Shown here piece by piece: positions 49,261 through 63,300 of a stretch of DNA of 64,000 nucleotides. The stretch covers positions 354,640,001-354,704,000 of the forward strand of contig OZ024743.1 of NCBI GenBank assembly GCA_964016885.1, written 5' to 3'. The notes below the pieces were generated by a model that searched no databases, had not been told where the DNA came from, and was given only the letters and a program-made list of their open reading frames with translations. Positions within the stretch are counted from its first letter, which is position 1, and each line of letters starts with the position of its first letter. The position numbers were made by a program, and so were the translations under genes. Source of the DNA: Eledone cirrhosa. Its lineage: Eukaryota.

Positions 49261-52200
49261 GCTGACGATTGTCCTCATGCTGGTTGTTGTTGGTGGTAGA
49301 GATTGAGGATTTTGTGATTCTGGTAATGGTGATGCTGATGATTGTACTGATGCTGGTTGTTGTTGGTGGTAGAGATTGAGGTTTTTGTGATTCTGGTAAT
49401 GGTGATGCTGATGATTGTACTGATGCTGGTTGTTGTTGGTGGTAGAGATTGAGGATTTGTGATTCTGGTAGTGGTGATGCTGATGATTGTCTTCCTGCAG
49501 GTTGTTGTTGGTGATAGAGATTGAAGTCTTTGTGATTCTGGTAATGGTGATGCTGATGATTCTCCTCATGCTGGTTGTTGTTGGTGGTAGAAATTGAGGT
49601 TTTTGTGTTTCTGGTAATGGTGATGCTGATGATTGTCTTCATGCTGGTTGTCATTGGTGGTAGAGATTGAGGTTTTTGTGATTCTTGTAATGGTGATGCT
49701 GATGATTATCCTCATGCTGGTTGTTGTTGGTGGCAGAGATTGAGGTTTTTTGTGGTTCTGGTAATGGTGATGCTGATGATTGTCCTCATGCTGGTTGTTG
49801 TTGGTGGTAGAGATTGAGGTTTTTGTGATTCTGGTAATGGTGATGCTGATGAATGTCCTCATGCTGGTTGTTGTTGGTGGTCAAGATTGAGGTTTTTTGT
49901 GGTTCTGGTAATGGTGATGCTGATGATTGTGCTCATGCTGGTTGTTGTTGGTGGTAGAGATTGAGGTTTTTGTGATTCTGGTAATGGTGATGCTGATGAT
50001 TGTCCTCATGCTGGTTGTTGTTGGTGGTAGAGATTGAGGTTTTTGTGATTCTGGTAATGGTGATGCTGATGAATGTCCTCATGCTGGTTGTCGTTGGTGG
50101 TAGAGATTGAGGTTTTTGTGATTCTGGTAATGGTGATGCTGATGAATGTCCTCATGCTGGTTGTTGTTGGTGGTAGAGATTGAGGTTTTTGTGACTCTGG
50201 TAATGGTGATGCTGATGATTGTCTTCATGCTGGTTGTCATTGGTGGTAGAGATTGAGGTTTTTGTGATTCTGGTAATGGTGATGCTGATGAATGTCCTCA
50301 TGCTGGTTGTTGTTGGTGGTAGAGATTGAGGTTTTTGTGACTCTGGTAATGGTGATGCTGATGATTGTCTTCATGCTGGTTGTCATTGGTGGTAGAGATT
50401 GAGGTTTTTGTGATTATGGTAATGGTGATGCTGATGAATGTCCCCATGCTGGTTGTTGTTGGTGGTAGAGATTGAGGTTTTTGTGACTCTGGTAATGGTG
50501 ATGCTGATGAATGTCCTCATGCTGGTTGTTGTTGGTGGTAGAGATTGAGGTTTTTGTGATACTGGTAATGGTGATGCTGATGATTGTCCTCATGTTGGTT
50601 GTTGTTGGTGGTATAGATTGAGGTTTTTGTGATTCTGGTAATGGTGATGCTGATGATTGTACTGATGCTGGTTGTTGTTGGTGTTAGAGATTGAGGATTT
50701 GTGATTCTGGTAATGGTGATGCTGATGATTGTCTTCATGCAGGTTGTTGTTGGTGGTAGAGATTGAGGTCTTTGTGATTCTGGTAATGGTGATGCTGATG
50801 ATTCTCCTCATGCTGGTTGTTGTTGGTGGTAGAAATTGAGGTTTTTGTGTTTCTGGTAATGGTGATGCTGATGATAGTCTTCATGCTGGTTGTTGTTGGT
50901 GGTAGAGATTGAGGTTTTTGTGATTCTTGTAATGGTGATGCTGATGATTGTGCTCATGGTGGTTGTTGTTGGTGGTAGAGATTGAGGTTTTTGTGATTCT
51001 GGTAATGGTGATGCTCATGATTGTCTTCATACTGGTTGTTGTTGGTGGTAGAGATTGAGGTTTTTGCGATTCTGGTAATGGTGATGCTGATGATTGTCCT
51101 CATGCTGGTTGTTGTTGGTGGTAGAGATTGAGGTTTTTGTGATTCTGGTAATGGTGATGCTGATGATTGTACTGATGCTGGTTGTTGTTGGTGGTAGAGA
51201 TTGAGGATTTGTGATTCTGGTAATGGTGATGCTGATGATTGTCTTCATACTGGTTGTTGTTGGTGGTAGAGATTGAGGTTTTTGCGATTCTGGTAATGGT
51301 GATGCTGATGATTGTCCTCATGCTGGTTGTTGTTGGTGGTAGAGATTGAGGTTTTTGTGATTCTGGTAATGGTGATGCTGATGATTGTACTGATGCTGGT
51401 TGTTGTTGGTGGTAGAGATTGAGGATTTGTGATTCTGGTAATGGTGATGCTGATGATTGTCTTCATGCAGGTTGTTGTTGGTGATAGAGATTGAGGTCTT
51501 TGTGTTTCTGGTAATGGTGATGCTGATGATTGTCTTCATGCTGGTTGTCATTGGTGGTAGAGATTGAGGTTTTTGTGATTCTTGTAATGGTGATGCTGAT
51601 GATTGTGCTTATGGTGGTTGTTGTTGGTGGTAGAGATTGAGGTTTTTTGTGGTTCTGGTAATGGTGATGCTGATGATTGTGCTCATGCTGGTTGTTGTTG
51701 GTGGTAGAGATTGAGGTTTTTTGTGGTTCTGGTAATGGTGATGCTGATGATTGTGCTTATGGTGGTTGTTGTTGGTGGTAGAGATTGAGGTTTTTTGTGG
51801 TTCTGGTAATGGTGATGCTGATGATTGTGCTCATGCTGGTTGTTGTTGGTGGTAGAGATTGAGGTTTTTGTGATTCTGGTAATGGTGATGCTGATGATTG
51901 TCCTCATGCTGGTTGTTGTTGGTGGTAGAGATTGAGGTTTTTGTGATTCTGGTAATGGTGATGCTGATGAATGTCCTCATGCTGGTTGTTGTTGGTGGTA
52001 GAGATTGAGGTTTTTGTGACTCTGGTAATGGTGATGCTGATGATTGTCTTCATGCTGGTTGTCATTGGTGGTAGAGATTGAGGTTTTTGTGATTCTGGTA
52101 ATGGTGATGCTGATGAATGTCCTCATGCTGGTTGTTGTTGGTGGTAGAGATTGAGGTTTTTGTGATTCTGGTAATGGTGATGCTGATGAATGTCCTCATG

Positions 52201-53469
52201 CTGGTTGTTGTTGGTGGTAGAGATTGAGGTTTTTGTGACTCTGGTAATGGTGATGCTGATGATTGTCTTCATGCTGGTTGTCATTGGTGGTAGAGATTGA
52301 GGTTTTTGTGATTCTGGTAATGGTGATGCTGATGAATGTCCTCATGCTGGTTGTTGTTGGTGGTAGAGATTGAGGTTTTTGTGACTCTGGTAATGGTGAT
52401 GCAGATGATTGTCTTCATGCTGGTTGTCATTGGTGGTAGAGATTAAGGTTTTTGTGATTCTGGTAATGGTGATGCTGATGAATGTCCTCATGCTGGTTGT
52501 TGTTGGTGGTAGAGATTGAGGATTTTGTGACTCTGGTAATGGTGATGCTGATGATTGTCTTCATGCTGGTTGTCATTGGTGGTAGAGATTGAGGTTATTG
52601 TGATTCTGGTAATGGTGATGCTGATGAATGTCCTCATGCTGGTTGTTGTTGGTGGTAGAGATTGAGGTTTTTGTGACTCTGGTAATGGTGATGCTGATGA
52701 TTGTCCTCATGCTGGTTGTTGTTGGTGGTAGAGATTGAGGTTTTTGTGATTCTGGTAATGGTGATGCTGATGAATATCCTCATGCTGGTTGTTGTTGGTG
52801 GTAGAGATTGAGGTTTTTGTGATTCTGGTAATCGTGATGCTGATGATTGTCCTCATGTTGGTTGTTGTTGGTTGTAGAGATTGAGGTTTTTGTGATTCTG
52901 GTAATGGTGATGCTGATGATTGTACTGATGCTGGTTGTTGTTGGTGGTAGAGATTGAGGATTTGTGATTCTGGTAATGGTGATGCTGATGATTGTCTTCA
53001 TGCAGGTTGTTGTTGGTGGTAGAGATTGAGGTCTTTGTGATTCTGGTAATGGTGATGCTGATGATTCTCCTCATGCTGGTTGTTGTTGGTGGTAGAAATT
53101 GAGGTTTTTGTGTTTCTGGTAATGGTGATGCTGATGATAGTCTTCATGCTGGTTGTTGTTGGTGGTAGAGATTGAGGTTTTTGTGATTCTTGTAATGGTG
53201 ATGCTGATGATTGTGCTCATGGTGGTTGTTGTTGGTGGTAGAGATTGAGGTTTTTGTGATTCTGGTAGTGGTGATGCTGATGATTGTCCTCATGCTGGTT
53301 GTTGTTGGTGGTAGAGATTGAGGTTTTTGTGATTCTGGTAATGGTGATGCTGATGATTGTCCTCATGCTGGTTGTTGTTTGTGGTAGAGATTGAGGTCTT
53401 TGTGATTCTGGTAATGGTGATGCTGATGATTCTCCTCATGCTGGTTGTTGTTGGTGGTAGAGATTGAGG

Positions 53470-56400
53470 TTTTTGTGATCCTGGTAATGGTGATGCTGAT
53501 GATTGTCCTCATGCTGGTTGTTGTTGGTGGTAGAGATTGAGGTTTTTGTGATTCTGGTAATGGTGATGCTGATGATTGTCCTCATGCTGGTTGTTGTTGG
53601 TGGTAGAGATTGAGGTTTTTGTGATCCTGGTAATGGTGATGCTGATGATTGTCCTCATGCTGGTTGTCATTGGTGGTAGAGATTGAGGTTTTTGTGATTC
53701 TTGTAAAGGTGATGCTGATGATTGTCCTCATGCTGGTTGTTGTTGGTGGTAGAGATTGAGGTTTTTGTGATTCTGGTAATGGTGATGCTGATGATTGTTC
53801 TCATGCTGGTTGTTGTTGGTGGTAGAGATTGAGGTTTTTTGTGGTTCTGGTAATGGTGATGCTGATGATTGTGCACATGGTGGTTGTTGTTGGTGGTAGA
53901 GATTGAGGTTTTTGTGATTCTGGTAATGGTGATGCTGATGATTGTCCTCATGCTGGTTGTTGTTGGTGGTAGAGATTGAGGTTTTTGTGATTCTGGTAAT
54001 GGTGATTCTGATGATTGTGCTGATGCTGGTTGTTGTTGGTGGTAGAGATTGAGGTTTTTGTGATTCTGGTAATGGTGATGCTGATGATTGTCCTCATGCT
54101 GGTTGTTGTTGGTGGTAGAGATTGAGGTTTTTGTGATTCTGGTAATGGTGATTCTGATGATTGTCCTCATGCTGGTTGTTGTTGGTGGTAGAGATTGAGG
54201 TTTTTGTGATTCTGGTAATGGTGATGCTGATGATTGTCCTCATGCTGGTTGTTGTTGGTGGTAGAGATTGAGGTTTTTGTGATCCTGGTAATGGTGATGC
54301 TGATGATTGTCCTCATGCTGGTTGTTGTTGGTGGTAGAGATTGAGGTTTTTGTGATTCTGGTAATGGTGATGCTGATGATTGTCCTCATGCTGGTTGTTG
54401 TTGTTGGTAGAGATTGAGGTTTTTGTGATCCTGGTAATGGTGATGCTGATGATTGTCCTCATGCTGGTTGTTGTTGGTGGTAGAGATTGAGGTTTTTGTG
54501 ATCCTGGTAATGGTGATGCTGATGATTGTGCTGATGCTGGTTGTTGTTGGTGGTAGAGATTGAGGTTTTTGTGATTCTGGTAATGGTGATGCTGATGATT
54601 GTCCTCATGCTGGTTGTTGTTGGTGGTAGAGATTGAGGTTTTTGTGATTCTGGTAATGGTGATGCTGATCATTGTACTGATGCTGGTTGTTGTTGGTGGT
54701 AGAGATTGAGGTTTTTGTGATTCTGGTAATGGTGATGCTGATGATTGTCTTCATGTTGGTTGTTGTTGGTGGTAGAGATTGAGGTTTTTGTGATACTGGT
54801 AATGGTGATGCTGATGATTGTACTGTTGCTGGTTGTTGTTGGTGGTAGAGATTGAGGTTTTTGTGATACTGGTAATGGTGATGCTGATGATTGTACTCCT
54901 GCTGGTTGTTGTTGGTGGTAGAGATTGAGGTTTTTGTGATTCTGGTAATGGTGTACTGATGATTGTCCTCATGCTGGTTGTTGTTGGTGGTAGCGATTGA
55001 GCTTTTTGTGATTCTGGTAATAGTGATGCTGATGATTGTCCTCATGCTGGTTGTTGTTGGTGGTAGAGATTGAGGTTTTTGTGATTCTGGTAATGGTGAT
55101 GCTGATGATTGTCCTCATGCTGGTTGTTGTTGTTGGTAGAGATTGAGGTTTTTGTGATCCTGGTAATGGTGATGCTGATGATTGTCCTCATGCTGGTTGT
55201 TGTTGGTGGTAGAGATTCAGGTTTTTGTGATCCTGGTAATGGTGATGCTGATGATTGTACTGATGCTGGTTGTTGTTGGTGGTAGAGATTGAGGTTTTTG
55301 TGATCCTGGTAATGGTGATGCTGATGATTGTCTCGTGCTGGTTGTTGTTGGTGGTAAAGATTGAGGTTTTTGTGATCCTGGTAATGGTGATGCTGATGAT
55401 TGTCTTCATGCTGGTTGTTGTTGGTGGTAGAGATTGAAGTTTTTGTGATCCTGGTAATGGTGATGCTGATGATTGTACTGATGCTGGTTGTTGTTGGTGG
55501 TAGAGATTGAGGTTTTTGTGATCATGGTAATGGTGATGCTGATGATTGTCCTCATGCTGGTTGTTGTTGGTGGTAGAGATTGAGGTTTTTGTGATCCTGG
55601 TAATGGTGATGCTGATGATTGCCTTCATGCTGGTTGTTGTTGGTGATAGAGATTGAGGTTTTTGTGATTCTGGTAATGGTGATGCTGATGATTGTCTTCA
55701 TGCTGGTTGTTGTTGGTGGTAGAGAATGAGGTTTTTGTGATTCCGGTAATGGTGATGATGATGATTGTCTTCATGCTGGTTGTTGTTGGTGGTAGAGATT
55801 GAGGTTTTTGTGATACTGGTAATGGTGATGCTGATGATTGTCCTCATGCTGGTTGTTGTTGGTGGTAGAGATTGAGGTTTTTGTGATTCTGGTAATGGTG
55901 ATGCTGATGATTGTCCTCATGCTGGTTGTTGTTGGTGGTAGAGATTGAGGTTTTTGTGATCTTGGTAATGGTGATGCTGATGGTTGTCCTCGTGCTGGTT
56001 GTTGTTGGTGGTAGAGATTGAGGTTTTTGTGATCCTGGTAATGGTGATGCTGATGATTGTCCTCATGCTGGTTGTTGTTGGTGGTAGAGATTGAGGTTTT
56101 TGTGATTCTGGTAATGGTGATGCTGATGATTGTCCTCATGCTGGTTGTTGTTGGTGGTAGAGATTGAGGTTTTTGTGATCCTGGTAATGTTGATGCTGAT
56201 GATTGTCCTCATGCTGGTTGCTGTTGGTGGTAGAGATTGAGGTTTTTGTGATTCTGGTAATGGTGATGCTGATGATTGTCCTCATGCTGGTTGTTGTTGG
56301 TGGTAGAGATTGAGGTTTTTGTGATCCTGGTAATGGTGATGCTGATGATTGTCCTCATGCTGGTTGTTGTTGGTGGTAGAGATTGAGGTTTTTGTGATTC

Positions 56401-57350
56401 TGTTAATGGTGATGCTGATGATTGTCTTCATGCTGGTTGTTGTTGGTGGTAGAGATTCAAATTTTTGTGATGCTGGTAATGGTGATGCTGATCATTGTAC
56501 TGATGCTGGTTGTTGTTGGTGGTAGAGATTGAGGTTTTTGTGATACTGGTAATCGTGATGCTGATGATTGTCCTCATGCTGGTTGTTGTTGGTGGTAGAG
56601 ATTGAGGTTTTTGTGATTCTGGTAATGGTGATGCTGATGATTGTCTTCATGTTGGTTGTTGTTGGTGGTAGAGATTGAGGTTTTTGTGATACTGGTAATG
56701 GTGATGCTGATGATTGTACTGTTGCTGGTTGTTGTTGGTGGTAGAGATTGAGGTTTTTGTGATACTGGTAATGGTGATGCTGATGATTGTACTCCTGCTG
56801 GTTGTTGTTGGTGGTAGAGATTGAGGTTTTTGTGATTCTGGTAATGGTGTACTGATGATTGTCCTCATGCTGGTTGTTGTTGGTGGTAGAGATTGAGGTT
56901 TTTGTGATTCTGGTAATACTGATGCTGATGATTGTACTCCTGCTGGTTGTTGTTGGTGGTAGAGATTGAGGTTTTTGTGATTCTGGTAATGGTGATGCTG
57001 ATGATTGTCCTCATGCTGGTTGTTGTTGGTGGTAGAGATTCAGGTTTTTGTGATTCTGGTAATAGTGATGCTGATGATTGTACTCCTGCTGGTTGTTGTT
57101 AGTGGTAGAGATTGAGGTTTTTGTGATTCTGGTAATGGTGATGTTGATGATTGTCTTCATGCTGGTTGTTGTTGGTGGTAGAGATTCAGGTTTTTGTGAT
57201 TCTGGTAATGGTGATGCTGATGAATGTCCTCATGCTGGTTGTTGTTGGTGGTAGAGATTGAGGTTTTTGTGATTCTGGTAATGGTGATGCTGATGATTGT
57301 ACTCCTGCTGGTTGTTGTTAGTGGTAGAGATTGAGGTTTTTGTGATTCTG
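53470..57350 (+). repeat. Diverged sub-array (about 53 monomers) with private variants, including an internal repeat at offset 1896
   Basis: GATCCT, TACTCCTGCT, AGATTCAGG, GGTGTACTGA (72-mer), GATCATT, TTAGTGG, TCTCGTG and AGATTCAAATT are essentially confined to this interval. ORF pair 54751/56647. Confidence 0.88.
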
Positions 57351-60300
57351 GTAATGGTGATGCTGATGATTGTCTTCATGCTGGTTGTTGTTGGTGGTAG
57401 AGATTGAGGTTTTTGTGATTCTGGTAATGGTGATGCTGATGAATGTCCTCATGCTGGTTGTTGTTGGTGGTAGAGATTGAGGTTTTTGTGATTCTGGTAA
57501 TGGTGATGCTGATGATTGTCCTCATGCTGGTTGTTGTTGGTGGTAGAGATTGAGGTTTTTGTGATTCTGGTAATGGTGATGCTGATGATTGTCCTCATGC
57601 TGGTTGTTGTTGGTGGTAGAGATTGAGGTTTTTTGTGGTTCTGGTAATGGTGATGCTGATGATTGTCCTCATGTTGGTTGTTGTTGGTGGTAGAGATTGA
57701 GGTTTTTGTGATTCTGGTAGTGGTGATGCTGATGATTGTCCTCATGCTGGTTGTTGTTGGTGGTAGAGATTGAGGTTTTTGTGATTCTGGTAGTGGTGAT
57801 GCTGATGATTGTCCTCATGCTGGTTGTTGTTGGTGGTAGAGATTGAGGTTTTTGTGATTCTGGTAATGGTGATGCTGATGATTGTCCTCATGCTGGTTGT
57901 TGTTGGTGGTAGAGATTGAGGTTTTTGTGATTCTGGTAGTGGTGATGCTGATGATTGTCCTCATGCTGGTTGTTGTTGGTGGTAGAGATTGAGGTTTTTG
58001 TGATTCTTGTAATGGTGATGCTGATGATTGTCCTCATGCTGGTTGTTGTTGGTGGTAGAGATTGAGGTTTTTTGTGGTTCTGGTAATGGTGATGCTGATG
58101 ATTGTGCTTATGGTGGTTGTGGTTGGTGGTAGAGATTGAGGTTTTTTGTGGTTCTGGTAATGGTGATGCTGATGATTGTCTTCATGCTGGTTGTTGTTGG
58201 TGGTAGAGATTGAGGTTTTTGTGATTCTGGTAATGGTGATGCTGATGAATGTCCTCATGCTGGTTGTTGTTGGTGGTAGAGATTGAGGTTTTTGTGATTC
58301 TGGTAATGGTGATGCTGATGATTGTCCTCATGCTGGTTGTTGTTGGTGGTAGAGATTGAGGTTTTTGTGATTCTGGTAGTGGTGATGCTGATGATTGTCC
58401 TCATGCTGGTTGTTGTTGGTGGTAGAGATTGAGGTTTTTGTGATTCTGGTAATGGTGATGCTGATGAATGTCCTCATGCTGGTTGTTGTTGGTGGTAGAG
58501 ATTGAGGTTTTTGTGATTCTGGTAATGGTGATGCTGATGAATGTCCTCATGCTGGTTGTTGTTGGTGGTAGAGATTGAGGTTTTTGTGATTCTGGTAATG
58601 GTGATGCTGATGATTGTACTGCTGCTGGTTTTTGTTGGTGGTAGAGATTGAGGATTTGTGATTCTGGTAATTGTGATGCTGATGATTGTCTTCATGCAGG
58701 TTGTTGTTGGTGATAGAGATTGAGGTCTTTGTGTTTCTGGTAATGGTGATGCTGATGATTGTCTTCATGCTGGTTGTCATTGGTGGTAGAGATTGAGGTT
58801 TTTGTGATTCTTGTAATGGTGATGCTGATGATTGTCCTCATGCTGGTTGTTGTTGGTGGTAGAGATTGAGGTTTTTTGTGGTTCTGGTAATGGTGATGCT
58901 GATGATTGTGCTTATGGTGGTTGTGGTTGGTGGTAGAGATTGAGGTTTTTTGTGGTTCTGGTAATGGTGATGCTGATGATTGTGCTCATGCTGGTTGTTG
59001 TTGGTGGTAGAGATTGAGGTTTTTGTGATTCTGGTAATGGTGATGCTGATGATTGTCCTCATGCTGGTTGTTGTTGGTGGGAGAGATTGAGGTTTTTTGT
59101 GGTTCTGGTAATGGTGATGCTGATGATTGTGCTTATGGTGGTTGTGGTTGGTGGTAGAGATTGAGGTTTTTTGTGGTTCTGGTAATGGTGATGCTGATGA
59201 TTGTCTTCATGCTGGTTGTTGTTGGTGGTAGAGATTGAGGTTTTTGTGATTCTGGTAATGGTGATGCTGATGAATGTCCTCATGCTGGTTGTTGTTGGTG
59301 GTAGAGATTGAGGTTTTTGTGATTCTGGTAATGGTGATGCTGATGATTGTCCTCATGCTGGTTGTTGTTTGTGGTAGAGATTGAGGTTTTTGTGATTCTG
59401 GTAGTGGTGATGCTGATGATTGTCCTCATGCTGGTTGTTGTTGGTGGTAGAGATTGAGGTTTTTGTGATTCTGGTAATGGTGATGCTGATGATTGTCCTC
59501 ATGCTGGTCTTGTTGGTGGTAGAGATTGAGGATTTTGTGATTCTGGTAGTGGTGATGCTGATGATTGTCCTCATGCTGGTTGTTGTTGGTGGTACAGATT
59601 GAGGTTTTTGTGATTCTGGTAATGGTGATGCTGATGAATGTCCTCATGCTGGTTGTTGTTGGTGGTAGAGATTGAGGTTTTTGTGATTCTGGTAATGGTG
59701 ATGCTGATGAATGTCTTCATGCTGGTTGTTGTTGGTGGTAGAGATTGAGGTTTTTGTGATTCTGGTAATGGTGATGCTGATGATTGTCCTCATGCTGGTT
59801 GTTGTTGGTGGTAGAGATTGAGGTTTTTGTGATTCTGGTAATGGTGATGCTGACGATTGTCCTCATGCTGGTTGTTGTTGGTGGTAGAGATTGAGGATTT
59901 TGTGATTCTGGTAATGGTGATGCTGATGATTGTACTGATGCTGGTTGTTGTTGGTGGTAGAGATTGAGGTTTTTGTGATTCTGGTAATGGTGATGCTGAT
60001 GATTGTACTGATGCTGGTTGTTGTTGGTGGTAGAGATTGAGGATTTGTGATTCTGGTAGTGGTGATGCTGATGATTGTCTTCCTGCAGGTTGTTGTTGGT
60101 GATAGAGATTGAAGTCTTTGTGATTCTGGTAATGGTGATGCTGATGATTCTCCTCATGCTGGTTGTTGTTGGTGGTAGAAATTGAGGTTTTTGTGTTTCT
60201 GGTAATGGTGATGCTGATGATTGTCTTCATGCTGGTTGTCATTGGTGGTAGAGATTGAGGTTTTTGTGATTCTTGTAATGGTGATGCTGATGATTATCCT

Positions 60301-63300
60301 CATGCTGGTTGTTGTTGGTGGCAGAGATTGAGGTTTTTTGTGGTTCTGGTAATGGTGATGCTGATGATTGTGCTTATGGTGGTTGTTGTTGGTGGTCAAG
60401 ATTGAGGTTTTTTGTGGTTCTGGTAATGGTGATGCTGATGATTGTGCTCATGCTGGTTGTTGTTGGTGGTAGAGATTGAGGTTTTTGTGATTCTGGTAAT
60501 GGTGATGCTGATGATTGTCCTCATGCTGGTTGTTGTTGGTGGTAGAGATTGAGGTTTTTGTGATTCTGGTAATGGTGATGCTGATGAATGTCCTCATGCT
60601 GGTTGTCGTTGGTGGTAGAGATTGAGGTTTTTGTGATTCTGGTAATGGTGATGCTGATGAATGTCCTCATGCTGGTTGTTGTTGGTGGTAGAGATTGAGG
60701 TTTTTGTGACTCTGGTAATGGTGATGCTGATGATTGTCTTCATGCTGGTTGTCATTGGTGGTAGAGATTGAGGTTTTTGTGATTCTGGTAATGGTGATGC
60801 TGATGAATGTCCTCATGCTGGTTGTTGTTGGTGGTAGAGATTGAGGTTTTTGTGACTCTGGTAATGGTGATGCTGATGATTGTCTTCATGCTGGTTGTCA
60901 TTGGTGGTAGAGATTGAGGTTTTTGTGATTATGGTAATGGTGATGCTGATGAATGTCCTCATGCTGGTTGTTGTTGGTGGTAGAGATTGAGGTTTTTGTG
61001 ACTCTGGTAATGGTGATGCTGATGAATGTCCTCATGCTGGTTGTTGTTGGTGGTAGAGATTGAGGTTTTTGTGATACTGGTAATGGTGATGCTGATGATT
61101 GTCCTCATGTTGGTTGTTGTTGGTGGTATAGATTGAGGTTTTTGTGATTCTGGTAATGGTGATGCTGATGATTGTACTGATGCTGGTTGTTGTTGGTGGT
61201 AGAGATTGAGGATTTGTGATTCTGGTAATGGTGATGCTGATGATTGTCTTCATGCAGGTTGTTGTTGGTGGTAGAGATTGAGGTCTTCGTGATTCTGGTA
61301 ATGGTGATGCTGATGATTCTCCTCATGCTGGTTGTTGTTGGTGGTAGAAATTGAGGTTTTTGTGTTTCTGGTAATGGTGATGCTGATGATAGTCTTCATG
61401 CTGGTTGTTGTTGGTGGTAGAGATTGAGGTTTTTGTGATTCTTGTAATGGTGATGCTGATGATTGTGCTCATGGTGGTTGTTGTTGGTGGTAGAGATTGA
61501 GGTTTTTGTGATTCTGGTAATGGTGATGCTCATGATTGTCTTCATACTGGTTGTTGTTGGTGGTAGAGATTGAGGTTTTTGCGATTCTGGTAATGGTGAT
61601 GCTGATGATTGTCCTCATGCTGGTTGTTGTTGGTGGTAGAGATTGAGGTTTTTGTGATTCTGGTAATGGTGATGCTGATGATTGTACTGATGCTGGTTGT
61701 TGTTGGTGGTATAGATTGAGGATTTGTGATTCTGGTAATGGTGATGCTGATGATTGTCTTCATACTGGTTGTTGTTGGTGGTAGAGATTGAGGTTTTTGC
61801 GATTCTGGTAATGGTGATGCTGATGATTGTCCTCATGCTGGTTGTTGTTGGTGGTAGAGATTGAGGTTTTTGTGATTCTGGTAATGGTGATGCTGATGAT
61901 TGTACTGATGCTGGTTGTTGTTGGTGGTAGAGATTGAGGATTTGTGATTCTGGTAATGGTGATGCTGATGATTGTCTTCATGCAGGTTGTTGTTGGTGAT
62001 AGAGATTGAGGTCTTTGTGTTTCTGGTAATGGTGATGCTGATGATTGTCTTCATGCTGGTTGTCATTGGTGGTAGAGATTGAGGTTTTTGTGATTCTTGT
62101 AATGGTGATGCTGATGATTGTGCTTATGGTGGTTGTTGTTGGTGGTAGAGATTGAGGTTTTTTGTGGTTCTGGTAATGGTGATGCTGATGATTGTGCTCA
62201 TGCTGGTTGTTGTTGGTGGTAGAGATTGAGGTTTTTTGTGGTTCTGGTAATGGTGATGCTGATGATTGTGCTTATGGTGGTTGTTGTTGGTGGTAGAGAT
62301 TGAGGTTTTTTGTGGTTCTGGTAATGGTGATGCTGATGATTGTGCTCATGCTGGTTGTTGTTGGTGGTAGAGATTGAGGTTTTTGTGATTCTGGTAATGG
62401 TGATGCTGATGATTGTGCTCATGCTGGTTGTTGTTGGTGGTAGAGATTGAGGTTTTTGTGATTCTGGTAATGGTGATGCTGATGAATGTCCTCATGCTGG
62501 TTGTTGTTGGTGGTAGAGATTGAGGTTTTTGTGACTCTGGTAATGGTGATGCTGATGATTGTCTTCATGCTGGTTGTCATTGGTGGTAGAGATTGAGGTT
62601 TTTGTGATTCTGGTAATGGTGATGCTGATGAATGTCCTCATGCTGGTTGTTGTTGGTGGTAGAGATTGAGGTTTTTGTGATTCTGGTAATGGTGATGCTG
62701 ATGAATGTCCTCATGCTGGTTGTTGTTGGTGGTAGAGATTGAGGTTTTTGTGACTCTGGTAATGGTGATGCTGATGATTGTCTTCATGCTGGTTGTCATT
62801 GGTGGTAGAGATTGAGGTTTTTGTGATTCTGGTAAAGGTGATGCTGATGAATGTCCTCATGCTGGTTGTTGTTGGTGGTAGAGATTGAGGTTTTTGTGAC
62901 TCTGGTAATGGTGATGCAGATGATTGTCTTCATGCTGGTTGTCATTGGTGGTAGAGATTGAGGTTTTTGTGATTCTGGTAATGGTGATGCTGATGAATGT
63001 CCTCATGCTGGCTGTTGTTGGTGGTAGAGATTGAGGATTTTGTGACTCTGGTAATGGTGATGCTGATGATTGTCTTCATGCTGGTTGTCATTGGTGGTAG
63101 AGATTGAGGTTATTGTGATTCTGGTAATGGTGATGCTGATGAATGTCCTCATGCTGGTTGTTGTTGGTGGTAGAGATTGAGGTTTTTGTGACTCTGGTAA
63201 TGGTGATGCTGATGATTGTCCTCATGCTGGTTGTTGTTGGTGGTAGAGATTGAGGTTTTTGTGATTCTGGTAATGATGATGCTGATGAATATCCTCATGC

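Noticed and set aside
10180-59602. Seven 60-aa hydrophobic plus-strand ORFs resembling membrane peptides (LLVVEIEVFVILVMVMLMIVLML)
   Set aside because: The hydrophobicity follows from T at every third base giving NTN codons. These ORFs start at TTG and exist only where a 1-bp deletion monomer bypasses the stop.
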